Position numbers and translations under genes: made by a program
Notes under the pieces: model-generated
Told to the model about the DNA's origin: nothing
The model's database searches: none
The model's input: only the letters and a program-made list of their open reading frames with translations
DNA from: Eledone cirrhosa
Lineage: Eukaryota
Assembly: GCA_964016885.1 (NCBI GenBank)
Contig: OZ024743.1
Coordinates: 45,880,001-45,944,000 of the forward strand
Reading direction: 5' to 3'
Length of the DNA: 64,000 bases
Part shown: piece after piece, positions 46,380-60,869 of the stretch
Layout of the letters: the number at the start of each line of letters is the position of its first letter
How positions within the stretch are numbered: the first letter of the stretch is position 1

Positions 46380-49300
46380 ATAGAGATGTAACACACAAGT
46401 TATGATATATTGGTAAACGGAATAGAAAATGCTGACAAATTGTTCACAGTGAAAAATAGTTTAATTAGGAATAAGTATTGGTTAGTATTAAGTTTTGGTT
46501 TTAAGTTTTACCGGTTGTGCATTTCTAATGCTTTTCAAAAATAATTTTGAGATAGAGCGTCCGTGATGTTTGCTCTGATCTGATTAGTTTGGGGGATTCT
46601 ACCTGTTTTTATGTTAAAAAAGTGGCTCCAGCGGTATTAAAATAAGTTTTGCGCCAATTCGTGTTGCAAAAATTCTTGTGGTCAAAACAATTTTGATTGG
46701 TCGGTAGAGGTCATGAGAATGTAAAAAATTGATTTTGCGCCAAATGTAGGTTTGTGTCGGATGACTGAGAAATAAGTCTTTCACAACTGAAGATCTCCAA
46801 ATTATGGAAAGGGAACTGCAACAGAGAAGAACTGAAATCCCTTCAACGCTGGGAAAAAAGTGCCGCTTGGTTCCTACACTATGATCGACTTTTCAAACGG
46901 ATTACACCTCCAATAACCCGTTCATAAAAATAGGAAAACCCATAACTGAACCGCACAACAACTTCGCAAACCCCCAAGCCACTAACAAACGAAGAAGGAA
47001 GCACCACACCGAAGATGAACTTCCCAACCTCGCTACCATAAGAAGGAACAAAAACCCTAGAAATCAACTCCCCCAGAATGACATTTACAACTTCCCCCTT
47101 CAAGGAGACACCATACCAAATCACTCAACTACTACGCGGATGCCTCATCGTCAAACATAGGGAAAAGATACCACCACCATGATAGATGTAACAACTTCCC
47201 CGCTTCAAGGGGACAGCAAGGTAATTTCCATTTTCTCAACTCTCGCTTCCACAATACACAACAAACCCACACCACACGATACAACCAACAACGTAGGCCA
47301 CCTATAACACCACAATCCAACATGGCACATAGAAACACACACCCATACTCGCAGTACAGGAACACCCCATTCAATCTACAACCACCAACCCGAACCACAT
47401 TTTACAACAACAAGGAATATAACAAACACAGGAGACCACTTAACATCAGCAGACAACTCCTCTACCCCAACCATTTTTTAGACACAGCACACAGATACAG
47501 GCAAACAAAATAACACAAGACAGGGAGGAGAAACCGATAGTAATAAAAATTATCAATCTTACTAGTGCAGAACCAACACCCAACCTTATCAACTTACTCT
47601 CCAAAGGTCTTAAATTCACACCGACCCCACTACGTCCTAATTACTATGAAATGAAGGAAGACATCACAGACTTCTGTAGAAAGTTACGACTCAGTGAACA
47701 ACTATTCGACCAGTACAATGAAGATGAATCATTAGCCAGAAATAGAAACAATTACACCCCATCAAAAGGTAAAAATAAAATCCGAGACGAATTCTGTGAA
47801 CACATCAAAAACTTCCCTTACCAACACTTGCACAGACAAAAACACAAGCCAAACCTCAACAAGAAAGAATGGGAAGAATTAAATAGATTAAAAACCGACA
47901 GAACCATTACAATTAAAGAGGCTGATAAAGGGAGTACAGTAGTCCTAATGGAGACAGAATTCTATATCAACTTAGCGCTCTCCACTTTGGAAAACGAAAC
48001 ATACTACGAAAAGGCTGAACACTACAATCAACAGAAAATTATGAGAAACCTAAAAACTCTGATCAACCAATACAAAGAAGGACTCACTAACAAGGAATTC
48101 AGCTTCATCACAGACTTCACAAGTAAATCCAGCCTTTTCTACGGTATCCCTAAAGTACATAAAAGCGAATTAATAAGTAAAGCATGCAAGGAAGCCACAG
48201 ACATAGTCATCAATCTCCCCTCACCCAATGATCTCAAATTAAGACCTATAATAGCAGGCCCCGCTTGCGAAACCCACCGCCTCAGCAACTTCATTGATAC
48301 CCTTCTCAAGCCTTTTCTCAAACACATCAAAGGCTATATAAGGGACGACCTAGATATGCCCAATCACCCCCCTAATATGCCACTTTCTGAACAAACCCTA
48401 CTAGTGACGTTCGATGTAGTCAACCTATACTCCAACATCACCCACAACCTAGGAATAGAAGCTATCCAATTCTGGCTGGATAATTACCACAATGAACTCC
48501 CACAACGCATCAAAAAAGAATTCGTGATAGAGGGACTCAAATTTATCTTGGAGAACAATTACTTCGTTTTCAATAACAAACCCTACAGGCAGAAATCTGG
48601 GACCGCTATAGGAACGATAACAGCCCCCACTTATGCCAACCTAGTCATGGGATACCTGAAAATCACCCTCTACATTAAAGTCCTAAACAAATTTGGAAAC
48701 ACTCTCCACTTACACATAGAAAGAAACTGGAAGCGATATCTAGATGACTGCTTCATCCTTTGGCACGAAAACATCGAGAAACTTAAAGAATTTCACACCC
48801 TTATAAATGGGCTCAACACGAATATTAACTTCACGATGGAATACAGCCATCAACAACTCCCCTTCCTCGACATCCTCATTAAGATCCATAACAAAAAATA
48901 GAAACAGACATATACTACAAGCCCACAGACTCCAAGCAATATCTTCCTTTCAACTCTTGCCACCCTAGACACGTTAAAATTAATATTCCCTACAACTTAG
49001 CCAAGAGAATCTGTACTATAGTCTCCAATAAAAACACCTGCTACTTACGGCTGCAAGAACTAAAGGACACACTCATAGGCAGGGACTACCCTGCATCACT
49101 AATTGACAATGGAATCCAACGTGCCCTAAAACTCAGTACCCAGGACCTTAGACACCCTAAAGTAAATCAACCGAAACTAAAAGCTCTTCCATACATCTCC
49201 ACACACACACCCTCAACAATGAGGCCTTTGACACCATCCTCCAGAACATCCCTGTGTTGAAAAAGGACCATAGAATGAACCAAATCCTACGAACACACGA

Positions 49301-50355
49301 TATCATAAAGAGCAAAAGACAATCTAAGTCAATGAAAAACATCCTAACACATGCCAAAGTACTGCCAACCACAACAACGAAACCCACAGTAAAAAAATGC
49401 GATAGACCCAACTGTGGCATTTGCATCAACCTAATAGAGGGTTCGGAATTCTATTTCAAAGAAGGACAACGTTTTATAGTAAAACACAATTTCACATTCG
49501 CATCAGAAAATCTAATATATGTATTAACTTGCTCAGGTTGTCGAGAACAATACATAGGCCAGACCAAAAACAGCCTCCGCCAACGCATGACTGTCCATAG
49601 ATCCCAAATTAAAATACGGGAATACAGGAAAATACCACTGAGTGAACACATTAATACCTGTGCCGCCCAAAATCATCTCAACTTCAGAATCTTTCTCCTC
49701 TACAAATTTAAAGATAATGCCACCCACACTCAGCGCATCAGCAAGGAATCTTACTTTATTAACAAATACGGACCCCGTCTAAACACTTCTCCCTAAGACG
49801 AACCCAAAACATACACACGTCAACATACATACCTACATCAGCATACATCTCTACCCACATATAAACACAATGACATACGTAAACACACATGTTCTATGGT
49901 GCAACACAAATATACACAAATTTGCATACCTTTTGATGTCTATAAATATAAACGTGACGACACACACACATACATAAACGCACACATGCATTGCACACTG
50001 ATGGGCACATACATATTTGTGCACAGGTATTCCAATACGGCAATGCCTAATGAATTCCCCTTGCAGTACGTACAATCTGGACACACTCTAGATACATATT
50101 TGTGCACAGGTATACAATTTCTGGACACACTCCAGATACATATTTTTGCACAGGTATTCCAATACGGCAAGGCCTAATGGATCCCCCTTGCAGTACTTAC
50201 AATCTGGACACACTCACACACACCTTGGTATTATGCCAATACTATATATCATTTCACACCTTTTATTATTAAGGTTTTTGATGTTCTATTAAGAGAATCG
50301 ATTTTACTGAAAATATCGAATAATGTACACCATTTTAACAGAAATAAATACTGAT

Positions 50356-50386
<31 letters not shown>

Positions 50387-50603
50387 TTCCCTCACACACG
50401 CACACACACACATATATACACACACACATACACACGCGTACATTAACATACAAAGAGACATACACACACACACACAGACACACACACACACACTTCTCCG
50501 TATAAGACAAGAGCTGAAAAAATATCTTTTAACATGTTAAAATATCCCCCACACACTTACAGACACATTCCTACTGACCATCCCTCTACCACGAATTACT
50601 CTG

Positions 50604-50686
<83 letters not shown>

Positions 50687-51185
50687 TCTTAATAGGCATT
50701 TGAACTGTCAACAGGCTGCGGTTCGCACACACATCCCTGCTGACCATTATCATAACAACGAACCTCTTTACTACTACTACTACACACACACATTTGTTGT
50801 GAAAGACTTATTTCTCAGTCATCCGACACAAACCTACATTTGGCGCAAAATCAATTTTTTACATTCACATGACCTCTACCGACCAATCAAAATTGTTTTG
50901 ACCACAAGAATTTTTGCAACACGAATTGGCGCAAAACTTATTTTAATACCGCTGGAGCCACTTTTTTAACATAAAAACAGGTAGAATCCCCCAAACTAAT
51001 CAGATCAGAGCAAACATCACGGACGCTCTATCTCAAAATTATTTTTGAAAAGCATTAGAAATGCGCAACCGGTAAAACTTAAAACCAAAACTTAATACTA
51101 ACCAATACTATTACTAATTATCACTTATTCCTAATTAAACTATTTTTCACTGTGAACAATTTGTCAGCATTTTCTATTCCGTTTA

Positions 51186-51190
<5 letters not shown>
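46376..51190 (+). mobile_element. Neptune-type Penelope-like retroelement with inverted terminal repeat
   Basis: RT plus GIY-YIG frames. ~46405-46788 is the reverse complement of ~50796-51190. (TA)n on both sides. Confidence 0.9.
47546..49796 (+). pseudogene. PLE RT plus GIY-YIG endonuclease with frameshifts near 48900 and 49210
   Basis: LLSKGLKFTP, KEADKG, FYGIPKVHK, LRPII, FDVVNLYSNI, RYLDDCF, LPFLDI, YYKPTD, CDRPNCGIC, LIY..C..C..QYIGQT. Confidence 0.92.
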
Positions 51191-51238
<48 letters not shown>

Positions 51239-51286
51239 AAGAAATGTAAATCAAGAGGTTAAAATTATCCTCTTTTATTCATATTC

Positions 51287-51338
51287 GCTGTTATATATAT
51301 TTCGGTGATATTCAACAGCTATGACCTCATCAGACAGC
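51287..51338 (-). ncRNA. Minimal type I hammerhead, same family as 37779
   Basis: rc GCTGT-CTGATGA-GGTcATA...TATcACC-GAAA-TATATA-TA-ACAGC. Confidence 0.88.
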
Positions 51339-52072
51339 TAGAACTTGAACAGAATAGTCAGAAAAACATAATGGTGAAACAAAGTTTACCTCCGTTATTT
51401 CGGTCCTTTGATATGCCCTGTCCCGAAGCATGGTGTTGTTTTCTTAAAGAACTGGTGGCATATGATTTAGAATGAACGAATTCAAGCATCAGTAGAATTT
51501 ACCTTCTTCTCATTGGTCCGATACAATCTTATCATTCCAATATCAAGTATATTGAATTTCTTTGGTCAATTGTCCATGAAACAGGTCAGTCTGTTAGGGT
51601 TGTTTTTAACAACCAATTATAATAACTGTATAGGATCGATCGGCTTTCGTCAAATCGGACCGAGGAAACAATGTTTTCGTCGGTGTTTTCAGTTGCTAGT
51701 ACTATCTATCGGTCGCAAGTATAGGTAGAAGGAGCAACCTGAAATAAAGTGTCTTGCTCAAGGACATAACGCATCCCCCGGTCCAGGAATCGAACTCACA
51801 ACCTGAAGACTGTGGATCCAATTCCCTAAACACTCAGCCACACGCCTTCACTGTATATACCTAGAAAATACGGGTGTTTTGGTCTAGGTGATCTAGTTGA
51901 CCTTAGTGGCATATATATAACAGCAAATATGAATAAACCAAGTTAATTTTAACCTGTTGACTTACACTTCATGTCTTTAAATTACTCCGGAGTAAACAGA
52001 CCCACCTGCGCACTTCGTTGAGTGCTCTACCCTGTATACTGAAGTGTCGGTAACCAACCAACACATACTCAA

Positions 52073-52121
<49 letters not shown>

Positions 52122-52828
52122 AAAGTTCTATTTAAAATTGTTGGGATACAACAAGTAAATATTTTTATAACTGATATAAAGCACTCGACAAGTATTTGGA
52201 GTAGATATACGATATTAATAAATGGAAACTATATTTATAAAACCATATTTATTTCATTATACATATTTCAGGGATACCAAATTAAATTATGGTATGCCTT
52301 CATCAGACAAAATACAATATATAACAGTTTTACAAATAAGCTTTGACGTACCCTTTTAAAATGCAACCATTGTTTTTGGAAGCCATCCGGATAGTGATTT
52401 GTTTATATTACTTTAATAAGTCATAGTGTTAAGGGCAATTAGAAAAAGACGTAAAATTTTCATTATTTCCCCCTCTCTCTATATAATATTTCTCTCTCTT
52501 GAGTTTTTCTATCTGTCTGTTGACTTAATATCTCTCTGTTGCTTTCCTCTGTTTTTCTTATTTCTTCCTTTTTTCTTCTTTCTTCCTTTCCTCCTGTCTT
52601 TACTTATCTCTTTCTTTTTTCTCCATGCATCTCTCTCTCTCTCCGATATTTCTCCACGTTTTTTCTTTCTCTCCGTCTTTTTCTTTCTCTCCGTCTTTTT
52701 CTAATTGCCCTTAACACTATGACTTATTAAAGTAATATAAACAAATCACTATCCGGATGGCTTCCAAAAACAATGGTTGCATTTTAAAAGGGTACGTCAA
52801 AGCTTATTTGTAAAACTGTTATATATTG

Positions 52829-52893
52829 TATTTTGTCTGATGAAGGCATACCATAATTTAATTTGGTATCCCTGAAATATGTATAATGAAATA
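52829..52893 (+). ncRNA. Type I hammerhead; copies at ~52250-52314 (minus) and 55804-55868 (plus)
   Basis: TATTTTGT-CTGATGA-AGG-c-ATACCA...TGGTAT-c-CCT-GAAA-TATGTA-TA-ATGAAATA. Confidence 0.9.
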
Positions 52894-53073
52894 AATATGG
52901 TTTTATAAATATAGTTTCCATTTATTAATATCGTATATCTACTCCAAATACTTGTCGAGTGCTTTATATCAGTTATAAAAATATTTACTTGTTGTATCCC
53001 AACAATTTTAAATAGAACTTTTACATATATTCTGCTCCTGTATTGTTGAGCGCTTTACATTATAACTGAAAAA

Positions 53074-53928
53074 ATGGAATTCTTTAAGATCTCTTCTTCT
53101 CTAAAAGACATACCTCTACCTAGGAACAAAGATTTTATTAAACAATTAATAGAAAAATCAGACTCTTTTATAAGAAGAATCAGGTGGCGTGCTTTCCACT
53201 TTGATAAATCTAATCGAAATGAAAATGTTTCAAATCTGGATAAAATTTTCAAATCTAAAAAAAATCCCTATAGAAATGAAATTAAATACATTGATAATAA
53301 TAATAATAAGCAAACTAACCAAAATAATAACAATTTTAATTATGGTAACAACTTTAGCAACTATAATAGAAAACATTACAATAATTCCAAAAGCCGAAAA
53401 AGAAATAGAACTAGAAACATATTATGGTTTGCTCCCCCTTTCTCATTAAATATTAAAACCCCTATTGCTAAACTATTCTTTAAAGCTCTTGACAAACGCT
53501 TCCCTAGAACACATAAATATTACTCAATTTTTAATAGACACACTATAAAATTAACTTACTCGTCCACCAAAAATTTAGCACAAAATATTAATAGAATTAA
53601 TAATAGAAATTTAAAACCTAACCAAAATACCAATAATAACCCAAGCAATATTCAATTGAATAACTGTAACTGTAGAAATAAATCTAACTGTCCGTTAAAT
53701 AACAACTGCTTAGCTAAAAATGTAGTGTACAATTGTAATGTTAAAACTAATTTAAATTCATTTAACTATGTTGGTTCTACCTCTACTGAATTTAAATTTC
53801 GCTTCAATAATCATAAAAATTCTTTCACAGATCCAAACAAAAAATCTTCAACTTCGCTATCTAGCCTACTATGGGACCTAAAACGAGATAATGTTAAATA
53901 TTCGATGACTTGGAATATTATTTCATAA
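53074..53928 (+). CDS. PLE N-terminus fused in frame to GIY-YIG endonuclease (RT absent); premature stop before the C-terminal CxxC
   Basis: SLKDIPLP..LIEKSDSFIRRIRWRAF, then RNILWFAPPFS, CNCRNKSNCPLNNNC, VVY..YVG. The frame continues ATPFNSSSENCDLC after the TAA. Confidence 0.8.
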   Translation: MEFFKISSSLKDIPLPRNKDFIKQLIEKSDSFIRRIRWRAFHFDKSNRNENVSNLDKIFKSKKNPYRNEIKYIDNNNNKQTNQNNNNFNYGNNFSNYNRKHYNNSKSRKRNRTRNILWFAPPFSLNIKTPIAKLFFKALDKRFPRTHKYYSIFNRHTIKLTYSSTKNLAQNINRINNRNLKPNQNTNNNPSNIQLNNCNCRNKSNCPLNNNCLAKNVVYNCNVKTNLNSFNYVGSTSTEFKFRFNNHKNSFTDPNKKSSTSLSSLLWDLKRDNVKYSMTWNIIS

Positions 53929-54889
53929 GCTACTCCTTTTAATTCCTCTTCAGAAAATTGTGATCTTTGTATTGAAGAAATATTCTTTATATTAAAGTCC
54001 AAAAATTCCCTTAATTTAAGGAACAATTTATTCAGTTGCTCCAGACATAGATTGAACTCAACGTTTAAATATAAATATAAATTTAAAATGTAGTATAATT
54101 AATTAAGTAATTTAGTTAATATATAAAACCTGTCGATAAATCATTAGATTCCTTCACCTTTTTCTTTTTAAACTTTCTTCCTAAATATAAACATAGATAT
54201 AATAAACTACTTTAAAATGTCTATACTTACAATATCTTAAATAAAATATACGTAGGATAAATTTCTATAAGGATATCTGTAGAATCCTTGGGTTTTTTAA
54301 ATCTTTTAAATTTTTGAATTTTAAAAATTTTTTTAATTTTTTTTGAAATTTTTTGAAATTTTTTGAAATTTTTAAATTTTTAAATTATATTGATATAATA
54401 TTTATTTAACTTTTATTTTATTTTTATTTTTATTTATTTTTATTAGTTTTGCTTTGATTCTGATAGCTTCTCATAATTCTCATAAGTCTACCCTTTCAAT
54501 ATCTTGATTGAAATATAAGTAGGATAATTTTCTATACTAAATATATGAAACATATTATTTTAACTTAAGATACTCTATAGTGTTTTAAAGATATTTAATG
54601 CTTTGACATTTCTAGAATTCGTTTGTCCTTTTGACTATATTGATATAGTTGTATTTCCAAAATATAATCCTTTGGTATTTTAAATTTATATTGGTATAAT
54701 TATATTTCCAAAGTATAATCCTTAGTAATATATTGATATTTGATTATCTCTATACAAATGTCTATGTGTGTATTAACATGCATATAAAAGTGTTATAGGT
54801 TTTTTATGATTGTATATATGTCTGTATGTATACATGAGTGATGCGTGAAGATGCATGCAGATATTTATTTATACATATATAGGTGTATA

Positions 54890-54929
<40 letters not shown>

Positions 54930-55178
54930 TGGGTAAGAGTTATGTTGCATAACCACACAGTTTGGATTGCAGATATGCATAATTTTAACAAAATGTTAAA
55001 TGCATGAATGGTAATCATATATATGAAGACATGAATGTTAATCGTATATATTTATGTATATATACTGTGAACTTTTTATAACACAAGGAATGTATAGCAG
55101 TATTAAGAGAAATCGTCTGCGTTTTATATGTCTATATTGTTGACTTGAGTAAATATAATTTCTATTTTCAGGACGTGC

Positions 55179-55214
<36 letters not shown>

Positions 55215-55946
55215 GTGTCTTTGCCTAAGATACTGACTTCTCTAGCAATGTGTACATTTTGGAAATTAAACCCAAATTTTGGTATATTGATCTCAAGTTT
55301 TAAACTAAACATATAGTCATTATTAAACAATGTTTAATTTCTCATATTATATATTTATTTCATATTATATATTTATTTCATATATTCATTTCATATGAAT
55401 TGTTAACTCAACTTAATATGACATGACGTAAAATTTTCAATATTTCCCCCTCTCTCTATATAATGTTTCTCTCTCTTGAGTTTTTCTATCTGTCTGTTGA
55501 CTTAATATCTCTCTGTTGCTTTCCTCTGTTTTTCTTATTTCTTCCTTTTTTCTTCTTTCTTCCTTTCCTCCTGTCTTTACTTATCTCTTTCTTTTTTCTC
55601 CATGCCTCTCTCTCTCTCCGATATTTCTCCACGTTTTTTCTTTCTCTCCGTCTTTTTCTTTCTCTCCGTCTTTTTCTAATTGTCCTTAACACTATGACTT
55701 ATTAAAGTAATATAAACAAATCACTATCCGGATGGCTTCCAAAAACAATGGTTGCATTTTAAAAGGGTACGTCAAAGCTTATTTGTAAAACTGTTATATA
55801 TTGTATTTTGTCTGATGAAGGCATACCATAATTTAATTTGGTATCCCTGAAATATGTATAATGAAATAAATATGGTTTTATAAATATAGTTTCCATTTAT
55901 TAATATCGTATATATATATATATATATATAGACATATATATATATA

Positions 55947-56026
<80 letters not shown>

Positions 56027-56867
56027 TGTATATGTATGTATGTATATATGCATATATACGGGCATGCATGTATATATATTTGCATATGTGTGCGTGTGTG
56101 TGTGTGCGCGCGCGGCGCGCGCGTTTGTGTGTGTGTATAATCCGGCCGGAGGGTTGTATTGATGGTACATGTGTCTGTGGAATACTCAGCCACATGCACA
56201 TTATTTGAATAAGTAAATAGTTAAATCGGTTGATCAAATAGTTGAACATTCATCGTCGAAAGCGGTGGAGACTCTATCGTCCGACTAGTAAACAAATATA
56301 TTTCTTTCTCCCAAAACACATTTACTTCCCTAAACAAAGACCGTATAAGATTTTTTAAAATTAAAGCCAAACACTAATAAATAATTGTTTCTACTTTTGG
56401 CACAAGGCCAGCAATTAATCCAGTGTATTTCTGGTATTTTATTTTATCGACCCTCTAAGGATGAAAGACAAAGTTAACCTCGGTGGGATTTGAACTCAGA
56501 TCATAAAGATGTTTAACTCTATGCTGGAAAGCATGGCGTCCGATCCTCTACCGATACTGCCAATCCACCACAACACTAATAAATAATATGGACGCAGCAT
56601 ATCGGATTGATTAAGAAGTTTGCTTTGCAATCTTTGGGTCTCAGGTTCAATTCCACTGCGCAATGTCTTGCACAAGTGTCATTTAATACAGTCTCGGGTA
56701 GATCGAAGCCTTGTGAATGAAATTAGGTAGAAGTAAACTATTTGACAGCCTGTCAGATGGACTGTGGCTGTAATTCAAAGCCGGCTTTCTTACACAATGT
56801 GTCACGCTCAATTTCTCTAAGAGCTACGCATTTTCACTTTTAAGTGACAAAGTCAATTTTTGAATCA

Positions 56868-57098
56868 CTAATCTCACTTTGAAGTAAAAAATGTTATTCT
56901 TTGAAGAGGTAATCTCACTTTGAAGTTAAAAGCGGCATTCTTTGAAGAGGTAATCTCATTTTGAAGTTAAAAATATCATTCTTTAAAGAGGTAATCTCAC
57001 TTTGAAGTTAAAAGTGGGATTCTTTGAAGAGGTAATCTCACTTTGAAGTTAAAAGTGGGATTCTTTGAAGAGGCAATCTCACTTTGAAGTGGTAATCT
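56868..57098. repeat. 41-bp minisatellite, ~5.5 copies
   Basis: Unit GTAATCTCACTTTGAAGTTAAAAGTGGGATTCTTTGAAGAG. Confidence 0.9.
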
Positions 57099-59377
57099 AA
57101 TTTTTAATTGATATCTGCTCACCTGAGAAAAGTAAGCTAAGTCAGGGATGTGAATTACTTCGAATGACTTCGCATTACATCGTTAGTTTTGAGGACAACG
57201 GAGGGGGCGATACGGTATAATATGTATGTAGAGGATTCTCAAAATTCTTATTGCAAACATTGGCAGTCAAGATTGCACTGTTAGATTCAAACACCTCTTT
57301 TTTAAAATTCTTACATCAGAAATCAATACAGCAACAGTTTGACATCGAAAGATACTCATATAAAAAAGGAAAGGAAAAGGAAAAAGCCAATCGTCAGATG
57401 AGATCAGGGAAATAATGTTTCCACTAGTCTTTCAGTATAATGATACTTTTCCATTTGTCTTTCCAGTACTGATAGCATGTGCCGGTCGTAACTTCTAACG
57501 GAAGAAAGCAGAATTTTAATTCGGAATACACAGAGCTGAATCAGATACCAACTCATTAAGAATTCCACCAACCCACCACCCCTGGACTGGTACCTTTTTA
57601 TAGACCACGAAAGGATAAAAGGCAAAGCTGACTTTGGCTGGATTTGTTCTCAAAGAGCGGTTAACCGCGGAAAAAAGCATTTAATCCGATGCCTTAATGA
57701 CTCTGCCAACACGCCGCAAAAGGATTACGAAACGCTGCCTAAGTGAGTTTCAAAATATATCTCGGCGCATGTCTATCTCACATGCAATATGAACCCTCTG
57801 TGGAAAGTTACAAAGCAGAAAAACTTCATTAATTCCAGACGTCAAGAACAATGACAAAACCCCAACCAGGGGCATGGCTTAGTGGTTAGAGCATTGGGCT
57901 TGCAATCGAAAGGTTGTGAGTTCAATTGTCGGACCGGGTGATGTGTTGTTTCCTTGAACAAGACACTTTATTTCACGTTGCTCCAGTTTACTCAGCTGTA
58001 GAAATGAGATGATAAGACTGGGGTCTCTATCATTAAATCACCCAAGACACCTCTGAGATATACCTTGGAGGAGGCCAGCTAAACCTGCATAGGTGTGAGC
58101 TGTCACACACACAACCAACACATTTGCACCTTTGATATACGCAGATATGATGCACAAGATACAGAAGATGCAATTCTGATGGTTAATACAACCTAAAGAG
58201 CTAAAGAATGATTATATATAATGTGTGTATATATGGATATATGTGTGTGCGTGTATGTGTGTGTGCGTATGTGTGTGTGTATGTATATATATATATATAT
58301 GTGTGTGTGTTTGTGAGTGTGTGTTTGTGAGTGTGTGTGTGTGTGCGTATGTGTGCGTATGTGTGTGTGCGTGTATATATATATATATATATATAAAAGT
58401 AAGTCCATAGAATCATTAGATAAAATATATAAACAGTATTTCTTCTCCCAATCAGCATAATCAACCACACAAAAAATCAATATATGTATATATATATATA
58501 TGTATGTGTGTGTCTGTGTGCGCGTGTGTGTATGCGTGAGTACATATACAAATATAAATTATTGCGGGTAGGTGAATGCGTTGGTGCGGATGTGTGCATG
58601 TCTGTATATATGTGTGTATATACGAATGCGCATGCGCCTGTTTGTGAATACGTTGCCAACTCTTTCCACCTACTCATTTATTTGTTATCTAAATTCTTAC
58701 TTCATCCCACTTTTCCCATTAAAGTAATATCTTACTCTTGTATTCATGTATTCTCATACCTTCTATAACTCCCCAATATACTCTTATGTGTGCCTCTGTG
58801 TATGCAGTATACATACACATAGTACATACACTTCACCACTGGTTACCAGCCGATGTAATCTCCTCTACCTATTTTAAACCCCTATATACTACCTGATCTT
58901 ATTTCTTCCTATTTACTGTTTTATTTAACCATCTGCTAAATTACTACCATATAACCTACTTTTACTGTTAATTCTTCATCTAAAAATACCTTCTCAGCCT
59001 ATAAGCTACATCTATAAATAACCCTACCTCTACACCCTCAATTTCTAAGACAATTATTCCCCTTCTTCTATACCACAACTACCCACTAACCACTCCTACC
59101 CCACCCACATTACTTCCTTCTCCTGATCCCTTGCCTGTCTGGATAAACTTACCAGTCTGTCTGCCCCCCCCCCCCCCCCCTTCCTCCATCTGACCAGTTT
59201 ACTACTTTGATAAACTTAACCAAGTCCAGAGACCTATTTTTTGATACCCTACACACAAGCCGAAACTGCTTGGTGCCGCCGTCTGGATTTTACATTTCTT
59301 TAAACCCCCTCTACATCTCCCCATGTATCGAGTACTCACATGATTAGTGATCTCCTGGGTCTAAGCACCGCACACTT

Positions 59378-59449
<72 letters not shown>

Positions 59450-59451
<2 letters not shown>

Positions 59452-60783
59452 TGAAGGACTATTTTTATCATATGTAACCCATGTGCAACCACGCAGTATT
59501 CTTCTTCTCATGTTTTTTATATATATTTACCTCGGCTGCGTTTGTCTGTTTCTCTCTTACTGCTTCCCCGTTCTCTCTGTTGCTCTCACCTTCTTTCGTC
59601 CCCTCCGTCAGTTACACTTTCTCTCGACTGACCTCTTCCTCGCACTTCCACTCACTCACTCTCTGTTTCTCCCCTTCTCACTTCCTCCCGTTTGGCTAGT
59701 AGTGGGTTCTCTTCTTGCTCACATCTCACTCACGTCGGACGGTCTGTATTTTGATCGCTCATGAAATCCACCCAGTTTATGCTGACCGGATAACCATGTT
59801 GCTTGTTTATTCCCATCTTTGCGTTGCTTTCATCCTTCTATGTTGTTTACTTGTCTCACTCGCTTTACGCGATTTACTTGTCCCAACAGCTTTTTTTAGT
59901 TATTGCTCGCACCAACCTGAGGTATATGATTTTTAATGCGATGAAATACCAATGATGGTTGGAAAATCACTGACGAAGGACTATTTTTATCATATGTAAC
60001 CCATGTGCAACCACGCAGTATTCTTCTTTCTTCTCATGTTTTATATATATATATATATATGTATGTATATATATATGTATATATATATGTATATATATAT
60101 ATATTTATTATACATAAATGCAACAACACAACTCGCTATTTTTCATTCATATATGCTTTCCCCTTCGCTGTGACCTGTCTTTTTCTCTTCCCTTACTGCT
60201 ATCCTCTTTTTCTCTACCCCTTCTCTCTCCTTCTTCCTCTTACTTTCACTCACCCCCTCTGCTAGTCATCCTCTCTCGGCTACCCTTTTCCTCACACTTT
60301 CACTCACTCACTCTCTGCTACTCACCCTCTCTCTCACTTCCTCCATCGTCCCACACCGTACGAAATTCTTTCCTCGTTCACATCCGCACGACCAAGATGT
60401 GTCTTTCGTCTTCTCGTCAATAATTCGCCCGTTCTTATGTTCGAAATGAATTATTGACTTGATTTTCTCATTTTTTTCCTCTCTTTACGTTGCCTCACCA
60501 TTCGTGTTTATTTACCTGCCTATCTTTCTCCACCCAACTCTTTTTATCCCAATAACTTAATTTAGTTATTGTATCGCCCTAGCTGGAGTTATATTGTCTG
60601 TAATGCGAAGAAATACCTATGATGGCTAGTAGACCACTGATGACGGATATTCCTAACTTCTATTTCTAATTCTTCCTTTATTATACATAAATGCAACCAC
60701 ACAGCTCGCCATTTTTCATTTATATATATGTATATATATATATATATAAATATATATATACATATATGCATATATATATATAC

Positions 60784-60869
<86 letters not shown>

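Larger units (their letters stand above)
52098..55908 (+). mobile_element. Internally deleted (RT-less) Naiad-type PLE: inverted pLTR, pLTR, ORF, pLTR
   Basis: 52098-52450 is the reverse complement of ~52690-53025. 52447-52935 is repeated at 55425-55908. Three hammerhead copies, flanked by (TA)n. Confidence 0.9.

Noticed and set aside
59951-59975. SECIS-like ATGA..AAA..TGA, of interest because some Naiads are reported to encode selenocysteine
   Set aside because: The helix is far too short for a SECIS, and the conserved Cys motifs I read in the Naiad frames use Cys codons rather than TGA.
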